Of a DNA stretch of 64,000 nt, positions 1 to 11,235 are shown piece after piece. This DNA comes from Azolla caroliniana (Eukaryota; Plantae; Polypodiophyta): assembly GCA_043228905.1 (NCBI GenBank), contig JBHGNT010000001.1, positions 21,576,001 to 21,640,000 on the forward strand, in the 5' to 3' direction. Position numbers and translations under genes: made by a program. Each line of letters begins with the position of its first letter. The first letter of the stretch is position 1. Under the pieces are notes generated by a model. The model was not told the origin of the DNA, ran no database searches, and saw only the letters and a list, made by a program, of their open reading frames with translations.

Positions 1-1221
1 CCTTTTCTCCTTCGGTACATGCACATACGCAATGCTACCGAACACCCTCAAGTGTCGTAAGTTCGGCTTCGTTCCGAAATATAGCTCGTGCGCTGACACT
101 TTGTCTCCAATCCGGTTCTGGATGTATACCGCGGTCCTTACCGCCTCGGCCCAGTAGAACTTGGGCAAGCTCTTCTCCTCCATCATTGCCCGTGCCGCTT
201 CCACAATCGACCGATTCTTCCTCTCGGCCACGCCGTTCTGCTCCGGCGTGTATCTGAAATTGAATTCGCGGTGAATTCCCATTTGTTGTAGATAACCGTT
301 GAATTGACCGGAAAAGTACTCTTTCCCGCAATCCAACTGCAGGCACCTGATCTTTCGTCCCGTTTCGGCTTCCACGAACCCTTTGAGGTCCCGAAAACAG
401 TCGAAGACTTCGCTCTTCCTCTCAATGAGGTAGATCCACGTGTGCCATGTGTGGTCGTCGATGAAGGAGACGAAATATCGGCTCCCGCCAAGACTAACGT
501 TTTGTGCCGGCCCCCACACATTCGAGTGTATAAGGTCGAGCTTGTTCCGGCTCCGGTTTCGCTCGTTGGGGAAAGGAAGTCGGTGTTGCTTCCCGAGCTG
601 GCAGGCTTCACAAATTTGTGCCTTTCGGCCACTAAACTTGGGCAAACCGAACACTACCTGTTTCGTTTGCAGATTTTGAAGCTGCTGGTAGTTGACGTGG
701 CCTATCCGCTTGTGCCACAAGTCGATGTCCGACTCGGCTTTTTGTCCCTTTGCGAACATTGCGGTGCCGCCGTCAGTGGAATCGAGGATGAACATCCTCC
801 CATCTCTGCGTCCTTGCGCAATCACACGGCCTTCTTCCTCAATGAAGCACCCGAGGTGTGTAAACCGAACATCCATCCCTTGGTCGACGATCTGTCCGAC
901 CGAGACCAAGTTCTTCGTGATTGTCGGAACGTGCAACACGCTCTTGAGTTTCCCTTTTTGCCCGACATGGCTAAGGGGAACTTCTCCGACATTCGCGATC
1001 GGATGCGGAGTGTCGTCTCCTGTTGCGACTACTCCCGGTTGTATCGGTTTTTCAAGGTATGAGAACTACTCCTTATGGCTCGTCATGTGGTTTGACGCAC
1101 CGGAGTCTACGTACCACACCTCGTCCGATCTCGGGGTGGTCCGTTTCATTGAGTTTGCGTCGTGTTTCGTCACGAAGACAGACCCTTCTCCGGCTCTCCC
1201 GGAGTCTTCGGCGTAGTGCGA
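1..1221 (-). pseudogene. pol: copia A pol fragment: protease, GAG-pre-integrase, integrase core (disrupted)
   Basis: Co-linear with the more intact integrase ORF at 30980-31924 (LWHKRIGH, CQLGKQHR, HSDVWGP, QNGVAERKNR); no long sense ORF remains. Confidence 0.85.
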
Positions 1222-2127
1222 TCACTGCCGATTTCCCTTGTCGGTATGTCTGGAGCCGTTCCCGGAACCAGTTCTCTCCGAATCGGCGCGCTTCTTCCAA
1301 CACTCACTTTCCCTGTGGCCTTTCTTGCCACAGTACCAGCACTCCGCGATGAACTTCCCTTGCCGGTTCTCATCGCTTCGACTCCCCCTGTTTCCGGAGG
1401 GTCCGGAGTTGCTGTCGGCATCACTTCGATGCCTTCTTTCTTGATCTCGTCGGCCGCCTCCATTGCGTGCCGACTCGCCTCGTCCTCCACGTCCACGGGG
1501 CCTATCTCCCTCCGTATACAGCATTCTGCTGTCGGTGTGCATGCTCGTCGACGCACCCACGTGGTTCTCCTCTACCAGGAGCATCGACTGTAAGTCGAAA
1601 AAGGACGGCGTATTCTCCCGGGTACACACAGCCGTTCGGAACGCTCCGAACTTCGACGCCAAACCTCCGAGACAGATCTGGACCATCTCGCTCTCCTCGA
1701 TGTTCACCTCTATGGAGGCAAGGGAGTCGTAGATATCCTTGATCTTCGAGGTATAGTTCGCCACGGACAAGTCGCGTTGTCGTAGGTTGCTCAACTCTTG
1801 TCGGAGCTGAAGCTTCCTGGCTATGGTGCTTGCGGCGAAAATCTTCTTCAGATTTTCCGACGCACCCTTCGGCGTCTTTGCATCCCGAACATAGCTCAAT
1901 AGTTGTTCGCCCACACACGACGCGAAGCAGTATAGTACCCTGCTCGCTGATTGCTCCCACGACGGGAAGTCTTTGTGTGACGACTTGGGTGCCGCGTCAT
2001 TAGCTCCTTCGACATAACTCCAGTAGCCATGCCCGAGCAGGTACTGGTGCATCTTGTAGGACCAAGACGTGTAGTTGGTTCTGTCGAGCTTCTCTGTTGG
2101 GAGCGAGCTCGCCATGCCTCTATCCAT
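1222..2127 (-). pseudogene. gag: copia A gag (capsid plus CWYCGKKGHRESEC zinc knuckle), ending at a premature TGA
   Basis: 301-aa ORF with LPTEKLDRTNYTSWSYKMHQYL and a CX2CX4HX4C knuckle. Confidence 0.9.
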
Positions 2128-2187
2128 CGTTCTTCTTGTTCTTCTTCGTCAAGCTGTGTCGGCTGCAGAGGGGTTCTCAACCCTCGC

Positions 2188-2199
2188 GCTCTGATACCA
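2188..2199 (-). promoter_or_regulatory. Primer-binding site, tRNA-iMet (TGGTATCAGAGC)
   Basis: gctctgatacca on + strand directly abutting the LTR at 2200. Confidence 0.95.
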
Positions 2200-2586
2200 T
2201 GTAGAAAGTAGCGTGCGGAAGCAAGTATGAAGACAGAACAGAGGAAGGAAACTCAGGTTCAATGGAGAGCTTAGGCTTGCACGGTATACGCGGGAGAGAC
2301 AGACAGAGAAACACAAAAAACTATATTCAACAATAATACTCAATCTCTGTATGTAAGACGTGCTCAGTGAGCACTTTTATACAAGTCCTAAAAGGACTGA
2401 CCGAAGTACTGACAGTACTTCAATGCTCATCAAGAGCTCCTACACTAACTCCCAAATATATTCCTCACGGAATATCTTTCCTAACGGCCTCCCGGTGTAC
2501 GCACTCGGCCTAACCGATCGGTCCCAACCGATCCGGTCCTCGGCTTCTTCATCCGATCCGGCCGATGTTGAGCTTGTCTCTCAACA
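2200..2586 (-). repeat. 5' LTR of copia A
   Basis: TG...CA ends (tgtagaaag...tctcaaca); homologous to the LTRs at 29067-29487, 32437-32851 and 38681-39095. Confidence 0.9.
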
Positions 2587-5526
2587 TTTTGTCCATACAT
2601 AAGCTCGGTTGCAATATACCCTGTCACTGAACTATGTGTAGTTCTGTTGGCCCACAAGGCATAGGGTAATAGTCGTGGCCAATTCCTAACTCGACCGTTG
2701 CATGCTCGTACGATGGTTTTGAGGATTGGTCCATGCCCTCGCTCGATCCTCCCATTCGCTTCTGGATTGTAGGCAATTGTGATTGAGAACTTCACGACTA
2801 GTCGTTCGAAGAGCTCCGTTGCTTCGTGTGCATCCAACTCCCCTCGGTCGGCCACTATCTTTCCCACACATCCATATCAGCAGACAACCTCTTCGAGTAG
2901 AAATTTGCAATTTGCTGACGTCGTCTTATTTGTCAAGGCCCGTCCTTCTACTTGATTTGTCAAGTCTTCTCTTGCTAGAGCTAAGTACTTCATTTGTCCC
3001 ACTCCCATTGGCATCGAGACCAAATCCACCATCCATTTGAAGTGTATGGTGAGCGGGTATGTCGACCGTAGCTCATCACGATGACGTATATTCGAATGTA
3101 CTTGGCAAATTTCGCATGTGGACACGAAATGGAGTACATCTTTGTACATGCTTGACCACCAATACTTCTCCTTCAACTTTTCAAATGTTGCCCATGTTCC
3201 TCTATGACCTGCCCAAGGACTCTCGTGGAATTCGGTCATCAGCGTCACTTGCTCTTCTTTCTTTACCACCACTCGACGTGGCATTCTTGTCCTTTTTGGG
3301 TGTCGCCAAAGGAATCTTCCCCTCAAGAAGTATTGGTAAGCTTTCTTCCGAATTCGTAGAGCCTCCTCCTTCGTCAATGAAGCATCCGTCGTCATTGTTC
3401 TTAAGAATCTACCGATTAGTAACCACTCTCCTTCGTACTCATCCTTGTTGAAGGCGTGGAGGGTTAGCGTGACCTTGTCTTCTGCCGATAGTTGAGCCAT
3501 CTTGAAGAAGTCGAGGGTGATGTCTTCATCTTCCGAAACCATGTCACCTTCGTTCTCAAATCTTGCCCTCGACAGCATGTCAGCCATGGTGTTCTTTTTC
3601 CCTGCAATGTGGCGGATCTTTGGGCTTAAAGACTTAATATAGGCGATCCACCTTAGCATAGCTAGATCTCGGGTTGCACATCCCGAGATCATCCTAAGGA
3701 TTTGGAGACATTCTGTCTCAATTATCACTTCCGACCCGATCAGGTAGTCTTTGTCCGTCTTCACTACCGACACAATACCCCAAAGTTCTGAAACCATGTC
3801 ACCCTCATTCTCAAATCTTGCCCTCGACAACATGTCAGCCATGGTGTTCTTCTTTCCTGCAATGTGGCGGATCTCTAGGTTTAAAGATTTGATATAAGCG
3901 ATCCACCTTAGCATAGCTAGATTTGGTGTTGCACATCCTAAGATCATCCCGAGGATTAGGAGACAATCTGTCTCAATTATTACTTCCGACCCGATCAGGT
4001 AGTCTTTGTCCGTCTTCACTGCTGACACAATACGCCAAAGTTCCTGCTTGACTTGGACGTATCTTTGTTATTGTTCGCTGAGAACCTTTGTTCCGAACCG
4101 GATGGCATACTGCACATTATCTTCTCCTTCTTGGTTGATGAACCACCCGATTCCGGTTGGGCTCGTATCTACAGTCACATAAATTGGCTTCCCTTCGGTA
4201 TAGTCGGCCTTTCTTAGTGCTGGAGCTTCAAGAAGTAGTTTCTTCAACCTTCGCATCGCGTTTGTGTGCTCGTCTTGCCATTCGAACTTCATTCTTTTCT
4301 TTAGCAATCCATATAAAGGCTCGGCGACATGAGCGCAGTGCGGAATCCAGATATGATAAAACGTGCATGCTCCAAGGAACCTTCGAACCTCCATTTGGTT
4401 TACGCATTCTTCTTTCATATCCTGGATCGCGTTCACCTTGGATGGCGAAGGTTTCCGGCAGTATGCTCCACTCAATTGACCTACCACCAAGACCTCTGGT
4501 TGCTCGAATGCGGATTTTTCTCCCGAAAATGTCAAATTCGCATCTTCGAGCCTTTGGAGTACCTTCTCACAATCTTTCATATGATCCGCGACGAACTTCC
4601 TACATCCTTATCTTTTGATTCATCTTTCTCCTCATCCGAACATCCTTTTATCGGAATATCATCCAAGAATGGCATCGTGATGTCCGGGATGCAATCATTC
4701 AAGACCTTGGTCATGGCATTCAGCATATGAGCCACCGAGTTAGTTGCACCTTGAGGCAAGGTACACATCCGCACGAGCCTGATTGGAGTCCTCATGGTTG
4801 TAATGTCACGACTGTCGATCACGAACTGGAATTCGTCGTATCCAGAGTAGAGATCGCCAATGGAGTAGATGGACCGCCCTGCAAACGCTTCGGCAAATTC
4901 GTCCACGCTCGGACCAATTCCAGCATTCCGAATTGTCACCTTGTTGACGGATTGAAGATCTTGGATGAATCGCAATGATCCATTCTTCTTCGGCACCGTG
5001 AAGCACCTATTAGAATAAGGAGCATTCGACGGTTCCAGAATTTCCATATTCACCTTCTCCTTTAAGAGCTCGATCAGCTTCAGTAGGTGTGCCCTCGGAA
5101 CTGGTATCGGTTTCAAATTCCAAGGCACATGCGGCACCGTGAAGATCACCATCGGCTCCATCGTCCTTGGATCAACACTGTGGGAAAAATGCGAAAGCCT
5201 TCCATGTCTCTCAAGCATGTCATGAAACATTCGCTTCTCTTCACGGAGGAGGAAATACTCCCTTCCAACTCGTACCTTTCCTTTCGTATCTTCGGTGAAG
5301 ACATGAACTATTGCCTTTGGATCTCTTAAGCTTGGATTGTTAGCGACTTTCTTCATCTTTTACCAGCTATCTTCCAGTAGCGGAACCGCAACTGGCTTGA
5401 TCTTCTTATCCACCGTTTTATATTTTGTGTTGACTTCAGCTTCCTCCGTCAAGATGCCACGATGGTATTCATCAATGATAGCGTACATGTTGATGGAGTT
5501 AACCGAAATCACGTGTTGATCGTAAA
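2587..5526 (-). pseudogene. pol: Phygy-like pol: RT, RNase H, integrase (frameshifts and stops)
   Basis: ORFs 4577-5356 (RT), 4068-4580 (RT thumb/RH), 2877-4028 (RH, HHCC integrase), ~2590-2867 (integrase core). Confidence 0.88.
3534..4043 (-). repeat. 255-bp in-frame tandem duplication (2 copies) in RNase H
   Basis: gaaaccatgtcacc at 3535 and 3790; caaagttc at 3781 and 4036; peptide VKTDKDYLIGSEVIIET...SRARFENEGDMVSE appears twice. Confidence 0.93.
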
Positions 5527-5531
5527 GATAG

Positions 5532-5835
5532 TGTCATGATATGGCAAGACTCGAACTCATGACCTTAGGTTATATGGGTCGAGCTCTTGACCATTAGAGC
5601 ATCTATTGTAATACGTAGGATATTATTTTCATTTACATTTTATTATAGGAAATTAGTGTATATTCCAGATTTCTCTGGAACATTCTAGAAGCTTCAGGAT
5701 TACTCCTGAAAACACTATAAAAGAGGGCACTAGGCATTATGTTGAACCAAATTGGTTCAACGCCAGTCTTAAGCCTTTTAGCCACCATTGTATATTCTCT
5801 TCATATAATACATATCTTTCTTATCATCACACACA

Positions 5836-5885
<50 letters not shown>

Positions 5886-5985
5886 CGTTCACTTCTTCCT
5901 TCTCTCGAAGAAGTTCCACACCTCTTATAGTACTAATCCTTCGTTTAGTACTAATTCCTTCTCTGTCTCAGTACTATTCATGACA
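5532..5985 (+). repeat. 5' LTR of chromovirus 1
   Basis: Matches 10789-11230 apart from a few substitutions and the CA/CT microsatellite; TATAAAAG at 5716. Confidence 0.96.
5538..5610 (-). other. tRNA-like (A-box/D-arm plus B-box) module at the U3 end of the chromovirus 1 LTR; second copy ~10795-10867
   Basis: Minus strand reads GCTC-TAATGGTCAA-GAGC (perfect D-arm-like stem), 17 nt, then AGGTC-ATG(A/G)GTTCGAGTC; anticodon and acceptor stems do not pair. Confidence 0.55.
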
Positions 5986-5987
5986 GT

Positions 5988-5999
5988 TTGAACCAATTT
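5988..5999 (+). promoter_or_regulatory. Non-tRNA (self-priming) PBS of chromovirus 1
   Basis: TTGAACCAATTT, 2 nt after the LTR, no TGG; exact complement of AAATTGGTTCAA at 5749-5760, 33 nt after the TATA start. Confidence 0.8.
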
Positions 6000-6059
6000 T
6001 CCCTACCTTCTGTCTCTCTCATTTCCGACTAATCTTTTATTCCTCTTTTCTTTCATCCC

Positions 6060-7211
6060 ATGGCCACTGTTAGCGCTGAAGAATATCAATCTGTTTTCTC
6101 GGAATTTCAATGCTTGAAGGAGAAGTTCCATGCTTTGGAACAAGAAAACCAACGGTTGCTGGGGGATCTTCAGCAAATCTCCTTAGAAAAGCAGCAAACG
6201 CAACAACAGCATGGGGAACTTGTGTTACGCGTGCAACAACTCGAAGCCACCATCATAGCGATGCAACAACAAGGGCCCGGAACACAAGGGATTCATAAAG
6301 AACCTAAGATTGGCCTTCCCACGAAGTTCGATGGAACGCGATCGCAGTTTAGAGGGTTCCTTAACCAGGTACGATTAGTTATTCAAATGCATCCTTCCCG
6401 ATATCCCACCGATGCATCATGAGTGGGTTTAGTAGGCACTTTGTTAAGTGGCTCAGCGTTGTCATGGTTCGCTCCACTATTAGAAAAGGAATCTCCATTA
6501 CTCAACAATTTTGAAGAGTTTCTAGGTGAGTTTAAAGCATGTTTCGGAGATACTGACAGCATCAGGACCGCAATCAACAAAATCCGGCGATTACGCCAAG
6601 GTGACCGTCCAGCCTCCGCATACGCTGCAGATTTTCGCCTACTCGCCGCCGATATCCCTTGGGATGATCAAGCGTTGATGGAGCAATTCCGTTATGGTTT
6701 ACGCAACGACGTCAAGGATTTACTCTTGACCTTCCCCGAAGAGCCAAAGTCCTTAACAGAAGCAATCAGTCGCGCGGTGAGATGTGACAACCGCCTCTTT
6801 GAGCGACGTTCGGAACGACAGCTACAGATGCCGAGGGCAAGATCAGAGCCCACCTACGCCTCAGTGGTAGCAAGACCTTTTCCGAGGGAGTCATATAATG
6901 CGCCTCCAGCGAATACTCCGACTCCGATCGAGATTGACACTACACGTCGTCGAGGGCCATTATCCGAAGAAGAAAAGCAGTGACGTCGTACAAATCGACT
7001 ATGTCTTTATTGCGGTGGACTAGGACATATCGCAATAAATTGCCCCCATAGGCCAAGAAGACAGGTAAACCAAATAGTCGCTAGTTCTAATTGTACTAAA
7101 TCCGAGCCTATTTCAGTAGGGATATCTGATAGTCCTAATAGTACTAATATCCCAGATCTAGCAAACAAATTTGATGTCCTTAGTCAGTTAGAAGAACAGT
7201 TAAACGACTAA
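6060..7211 (+). pseudogene. gag: chromovirus 1 gag (coiled coil, PxKFDG capsid, CLYCGGLGHIAINC knuckle); 2 premature TGA
   Basis: ORFs 6060-6422 and 6423-6983 are in one frame that continues to TAA 7209-7211. Confidence 0.92.
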
Positions 7212-10200
7212 GTCCAGCCAAAACAGGAGTCGTTTGGTTGGAAAACCCTAGATCTGTGCAGCCCATTAGTGGTTCCATTCCCTCTAAGCAAATTAGTGAT
7301 GTGTTCGTAGCCCAAGTAATAGTTAGGACTAAAAGCACCCCTCCAATACATGTCATAGCACTCCTAGATTCCGGAGCTAACTCTTGCTTTATGGATAAGA
7401 AATTTGCTCAAGCTCATAAGATATCCCTAAGAAAACTCCAGTGTCCAGCCTCTGTAGTAGTTATTGATGGACGTCCCATTGCTTCCGGAAATATCATAGA
7501 AGAGTCAGAGCCCATTAATATTGTCCTAGATAACTTAGCATGTGTAGTATCATTTAATATTATTAGTATCCCAGAACATCCTATAGTTTTAGGACTACCG
7601 TGGTTCGAGTTACATAACCCAGACATAGATTGGAGAACAAGAGAAATCCGGTGTCGACAAACCCAAGGGTCAACTCAGAAGATGGCAACCATTTCGCTAC
7701 GTCAGTTGCGTAAAGAAGGGCACAAGGAGGAAATGTTCCTCTTTGCAATATCAGTAAACCCCTCCAGCACCACTAAAGAAGAATCCACCGTTCAACTTCC
7801 CGAGAAGTATCGTCATTATGCCGATGTGTTCGATAAAGTACAAGCCAACACACTTCCTCATAATCGACCGTACGATTGCCCCATCGATTTACAACCGGGA
7901 AAAGAGCCGCCATGGGGACCGATCTACAATTTGTCACCAACCGAGCTGGAAGTCCTTCGGGCCTATATAGAGGAGAATTTGGAAAATGGTTTCATTCGGC
8001 ATTCGAAATCTCCAGCCGGCGCACCCATTTTCTTTGTCAAGAAAAAAGATGGATCGCTTCGTCTCGTTGTAGATTACCGTGGCTTGAATAAGGTTACAAT
8101 CAGGAATAGGTATGCTCTTCCCCTTATCTCAAGTCTTTTAGAACGGATCAATGGTGCCAGGTTCTTCACGAAGATCGACTTACGGGGAGCATATAACCTC
8201 GTACGGATCCGACCAGGAGACGAATGGAAGACCGCGTTTCGCACCAGATATGGGCACTTCGAGTATACTGTCATGCCCTTCGGCCTCACTAATGCGTCGA
8301 CAGTCTTCCAGCACATGGCTAATGATATATTCTGAGATCTATTGGATGATTGTTTGATCATCTATTTGGATGATCTACTGGTTTATTCACAGACCCAAGA
8401 AGAACATGATTCTCATGTACTATTAGTACTAAAACGACTTCGAGAACATGGTCTGTATGCAAAGCTGGAAAAATGTAGTTTCGGGTGCAACCAAGTGGAA
8501 TTTCTCGGCTACATCATTTCATCAGAAGGCATCTCCATGGACCTAGCTAAGGTCAAAACGGTGGTAGAATGGCAGACTCCGCGTTCGGTGCGGGATGTGC
8601 AATGCTTCTTAGGCTTTGCCAATTTTTACCGGAAGTTCATACAAGATTACTCAAAGATTGTTCTACCTCTCACACAACTTACCAGGAAGGGACAACCGTT
8701 CATCTGGTCTGAAGAAACGGACATGGCTTTCGAGAGTCTTAAAAAGGCATTTACATCGGCTCCAATTCTAGCTCATGTCGATCCGGAAAAACCATTCATT
8801 ATCGAAGCTGACGCATCGGATTTTGCATTGGGGAGCATTCTGTCACAACAGGGGAATGATGAGAAGCTACATCCTGTGGCTTTTCACTCATGCAAGTTTG
8901 ATGCCGCCGAAATCAACTATGAAATTCATGATAAGGAGCTATTGGCAATAGTGGATTCTTTTATCCAATGGAGGCATTTTCTGGAGGGATCCTCTCATCC
9001 AGTCACCGTATTTAGTGACCACAAGAATTTGGCCTACTTTCAGGATGCTCGTGTGTTGAATCGACGTCAAGCTCGGTGGGCCGACTTCCTCACGCGTTTC
9101 GACTTCAAAATTACATATCATCCGGGGAGGCACCAAGGGAAGGCAGATGCATTATCACGGCGTTGGTATCTAGCACCCCGTCCCGGCGAGCCAGCTTTCA
9201 ATAACCAAAAACAAGTCATCTTGGGACCGGCACGACTACAAGCAACACAGATCTTTGACATGCCTATGGATTCCCGTGTTATCAATACCATACGTGAAGA
9301 CTTGAAGACAGATGCGTTCGCCCAAGCTATACTAGCACAAATTGATCCCTCTCGAGCATCGTGTTCACAATCGCAACCACCAAGTACGGACTATCGGCAA
9401 TTCAAATACCATGATGGATTACTCTTCTTTAAAGAACTTTTGTATGTTCCTAATGGTTCTTGCCGCCTTCGAGTAGTACAAAACTGTCATGACACATATA
9501 CAGCTGGGCATTTTGGTAGTACTAAAACATTACATTTAGTACAACGATCATTCTAGTGGCCCTGTATGCGACAATTTGTCGAGGATTTTGTTCGGACTTG
9601 TGATACATGTTGCAGAGCGAAAATGCCAAGGCATCATCCATATGGTTTATTAGAACCATTACCAATACCAAGCAAGCCATGGCAATTCATTGCTCTAGAC
9701 TTCATCACAAATCTTCCAGTCTCTAAGGGGTTCAATGCGATTCTAACGGTGGTCGATCGATATACGAAGATGGCTCATTTCTTGCCATGTACTAAGGAGA
9801 TCTCCAGTGAAGACACTGCCAAAATTGTCATGCGTGAAGTATGTCGGCATCATGGACTTCCCGATAGTATCATCAGCGACCGTGGACCCCAGTTCGTGTC
9901 AAAATTCTAGAAGCACCTTTTTAACATGCTCAAGGTCACTTGTAACCTCTCCTCCGGCTACCACCCACAAACCAACGGCCAAGTTGAACGAACAAATCAA
10001 ACGCTGGAGCAGTATCTGCGGTGCTTTCTCAGCTATCATCAGGACGACTGGGCAGATATTCTCCACTTCGCCGAATTTGCCTATAACAACTCTATCCACG
10101 CATCCACTAAAGTTACGCCATTTTATGCTTATACGGGATGTCACCCCTGGTGGAGTGTACTTGAAACCCCAGAGGTGTCCACAAATCCGTGCGCGGAGGA

Positions 10201-10819
10201 TCGTTTGGAGCGGATACGCAAGATACAAGCGGATTTATCTACTCATCTCCAGCAAGCTCAACAAACACACAAGGTCTACGCAGATCGTCATCGACTTCCA
10301 TCCAGTTTTAATATTGGAGATCGGGTGTGGCTGCTACGACGACACATCAAGAGTACTCGCCTATGTGAGAAATTGGATTATCGGCGATTAGGTCCTTTCC
10401 GTATTATTGGAAAGATTAATGATGTCGCTTTTCATCTTGATCTACCTCCTCAACTTCGGATACATCCAGTGTTTCATAGTTCTCTCCTCGAACCCTACCA
10501 CGAGAGCACCATCCCAGGACGTCTCATCCAACCTCCACCCCCGATCGAGCTTGAAGATGGGCCGGAGTGCGAGGTTGCCGCCATCCTTGATTCCAAGATT
10601 GTTCGCAACAAGCTCTACTATCTAGTTGATTGGCTAGGCTATAGCCCCAACAAACGTACTTGGGAACCAATCGAGAATGTAACCAATGCTCGTGCTCTTC
10701 TTGAAGACTTCCATCGTCAATATCCACACAAATCGGGTCCTCAATCCAAGACGACTCGTGACACTCGTCGTTTTAAAGGGGGGGATAGTGTCATGATATG
10801 GCAAGACTCGAACCCATGA
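7199..10819 (+). pseudogene. pol: chromovirus 1 pol: PR-RT-RH-INT-chromodomain; 3 premature stops, no frameshifts
   Basis: [49 protein letters not shown] motif, chromodomain YYLVDWLGY..TWEP; ORFs 7238, 8342, 9566 and 9926 share one frame. Confidence 0.95.
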
Positions 10820-11230
10820 CCTTAGGTTATATGGGTCGAGCTCTTGACCATTAGAGCATCTATTGTAATACGTAGGATATTATTTTCATTTACATTTTAT
10901 TATAGGAAATTAGTGTATATTCCAGATTTCTCTGGAACATTCTAGAAGCTTCAGGATTACTCCTGAAAACACTATAAAAGAGGGCACTAGGCATTATGTT
11001 GAACCAAATTGGTTCAACGCCAGTCTTAAGCCTTTTAGCCACTATTGTATATTCTCTTCATATAATACATATCTTTCTTATCATCACACACTCTCGATCT
11101 CGATCTCGATCTCTCTCTTTCTCTCTGTCTCGTTCACTTCTTCCTTCTCTCGAAGAAGTTCCACACCTCTCATAGTACTAATCCTTCGTTTAGTACTAAT
11201 TCCTTCTCTGTCTCAGTAATGTTCATGACA
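10789..11230 (+). repeat. 3' LTR of chromovirus 1
   Basis: Preceded by PPT AAAGGGGGGGATAG, followed by TSD GATAG. Confidence 0.96.
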
Positions 11231-11235
11231 GATAG

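Larger units (their letters stand above)
1..2586 (-). mobile_element. Ty1/copia LTR retrotransposon A (Bryco/RLC5-like), 5' part; runs off the left edge; inserted in the integrase of the Phygy-like gypsy
   Basis: LTR 2200-2586, tRNA-iMet PBS, gag with CCHC knuckle, protease (WYVDSGASNHMT region ~1080-1125), then integrase, i.e. copia order. Gypsy integrase resumes at 2587. Confidence 0.92.
5532..11230 (+). mobile_element. Full-length chromovirus 1 (Ty3/gypsy, Tcn1/Tf1-like) with 5-bp TSD GATAG
   Basis: Near-identical LTRs TGTCATGA...TCATGACA; GATAG at 5527-5531 and 11231-11235; gag-PR-RT-RH-INT-chromodomain; PPT 10775-10788. Confidence 0.97.

Noticed and set aside
304-1062. 252-aa plus-strand ORF, with similar ORFs at 31283-31699, 36113-36355 and 37277-38011
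   Set aside because: Antisense shadow of copia PR/integrase; recurs only because the element recurs; no domain; broken in other copies.
5527-5531. TSD GATAG is identical to the last 5 nt of the element's own PPT (10784-10788)
   Set aside because: GATAG also follows the 3' LTR and host sequence continues on both sides, so it is a real TSD; a single case is compatible with chance.
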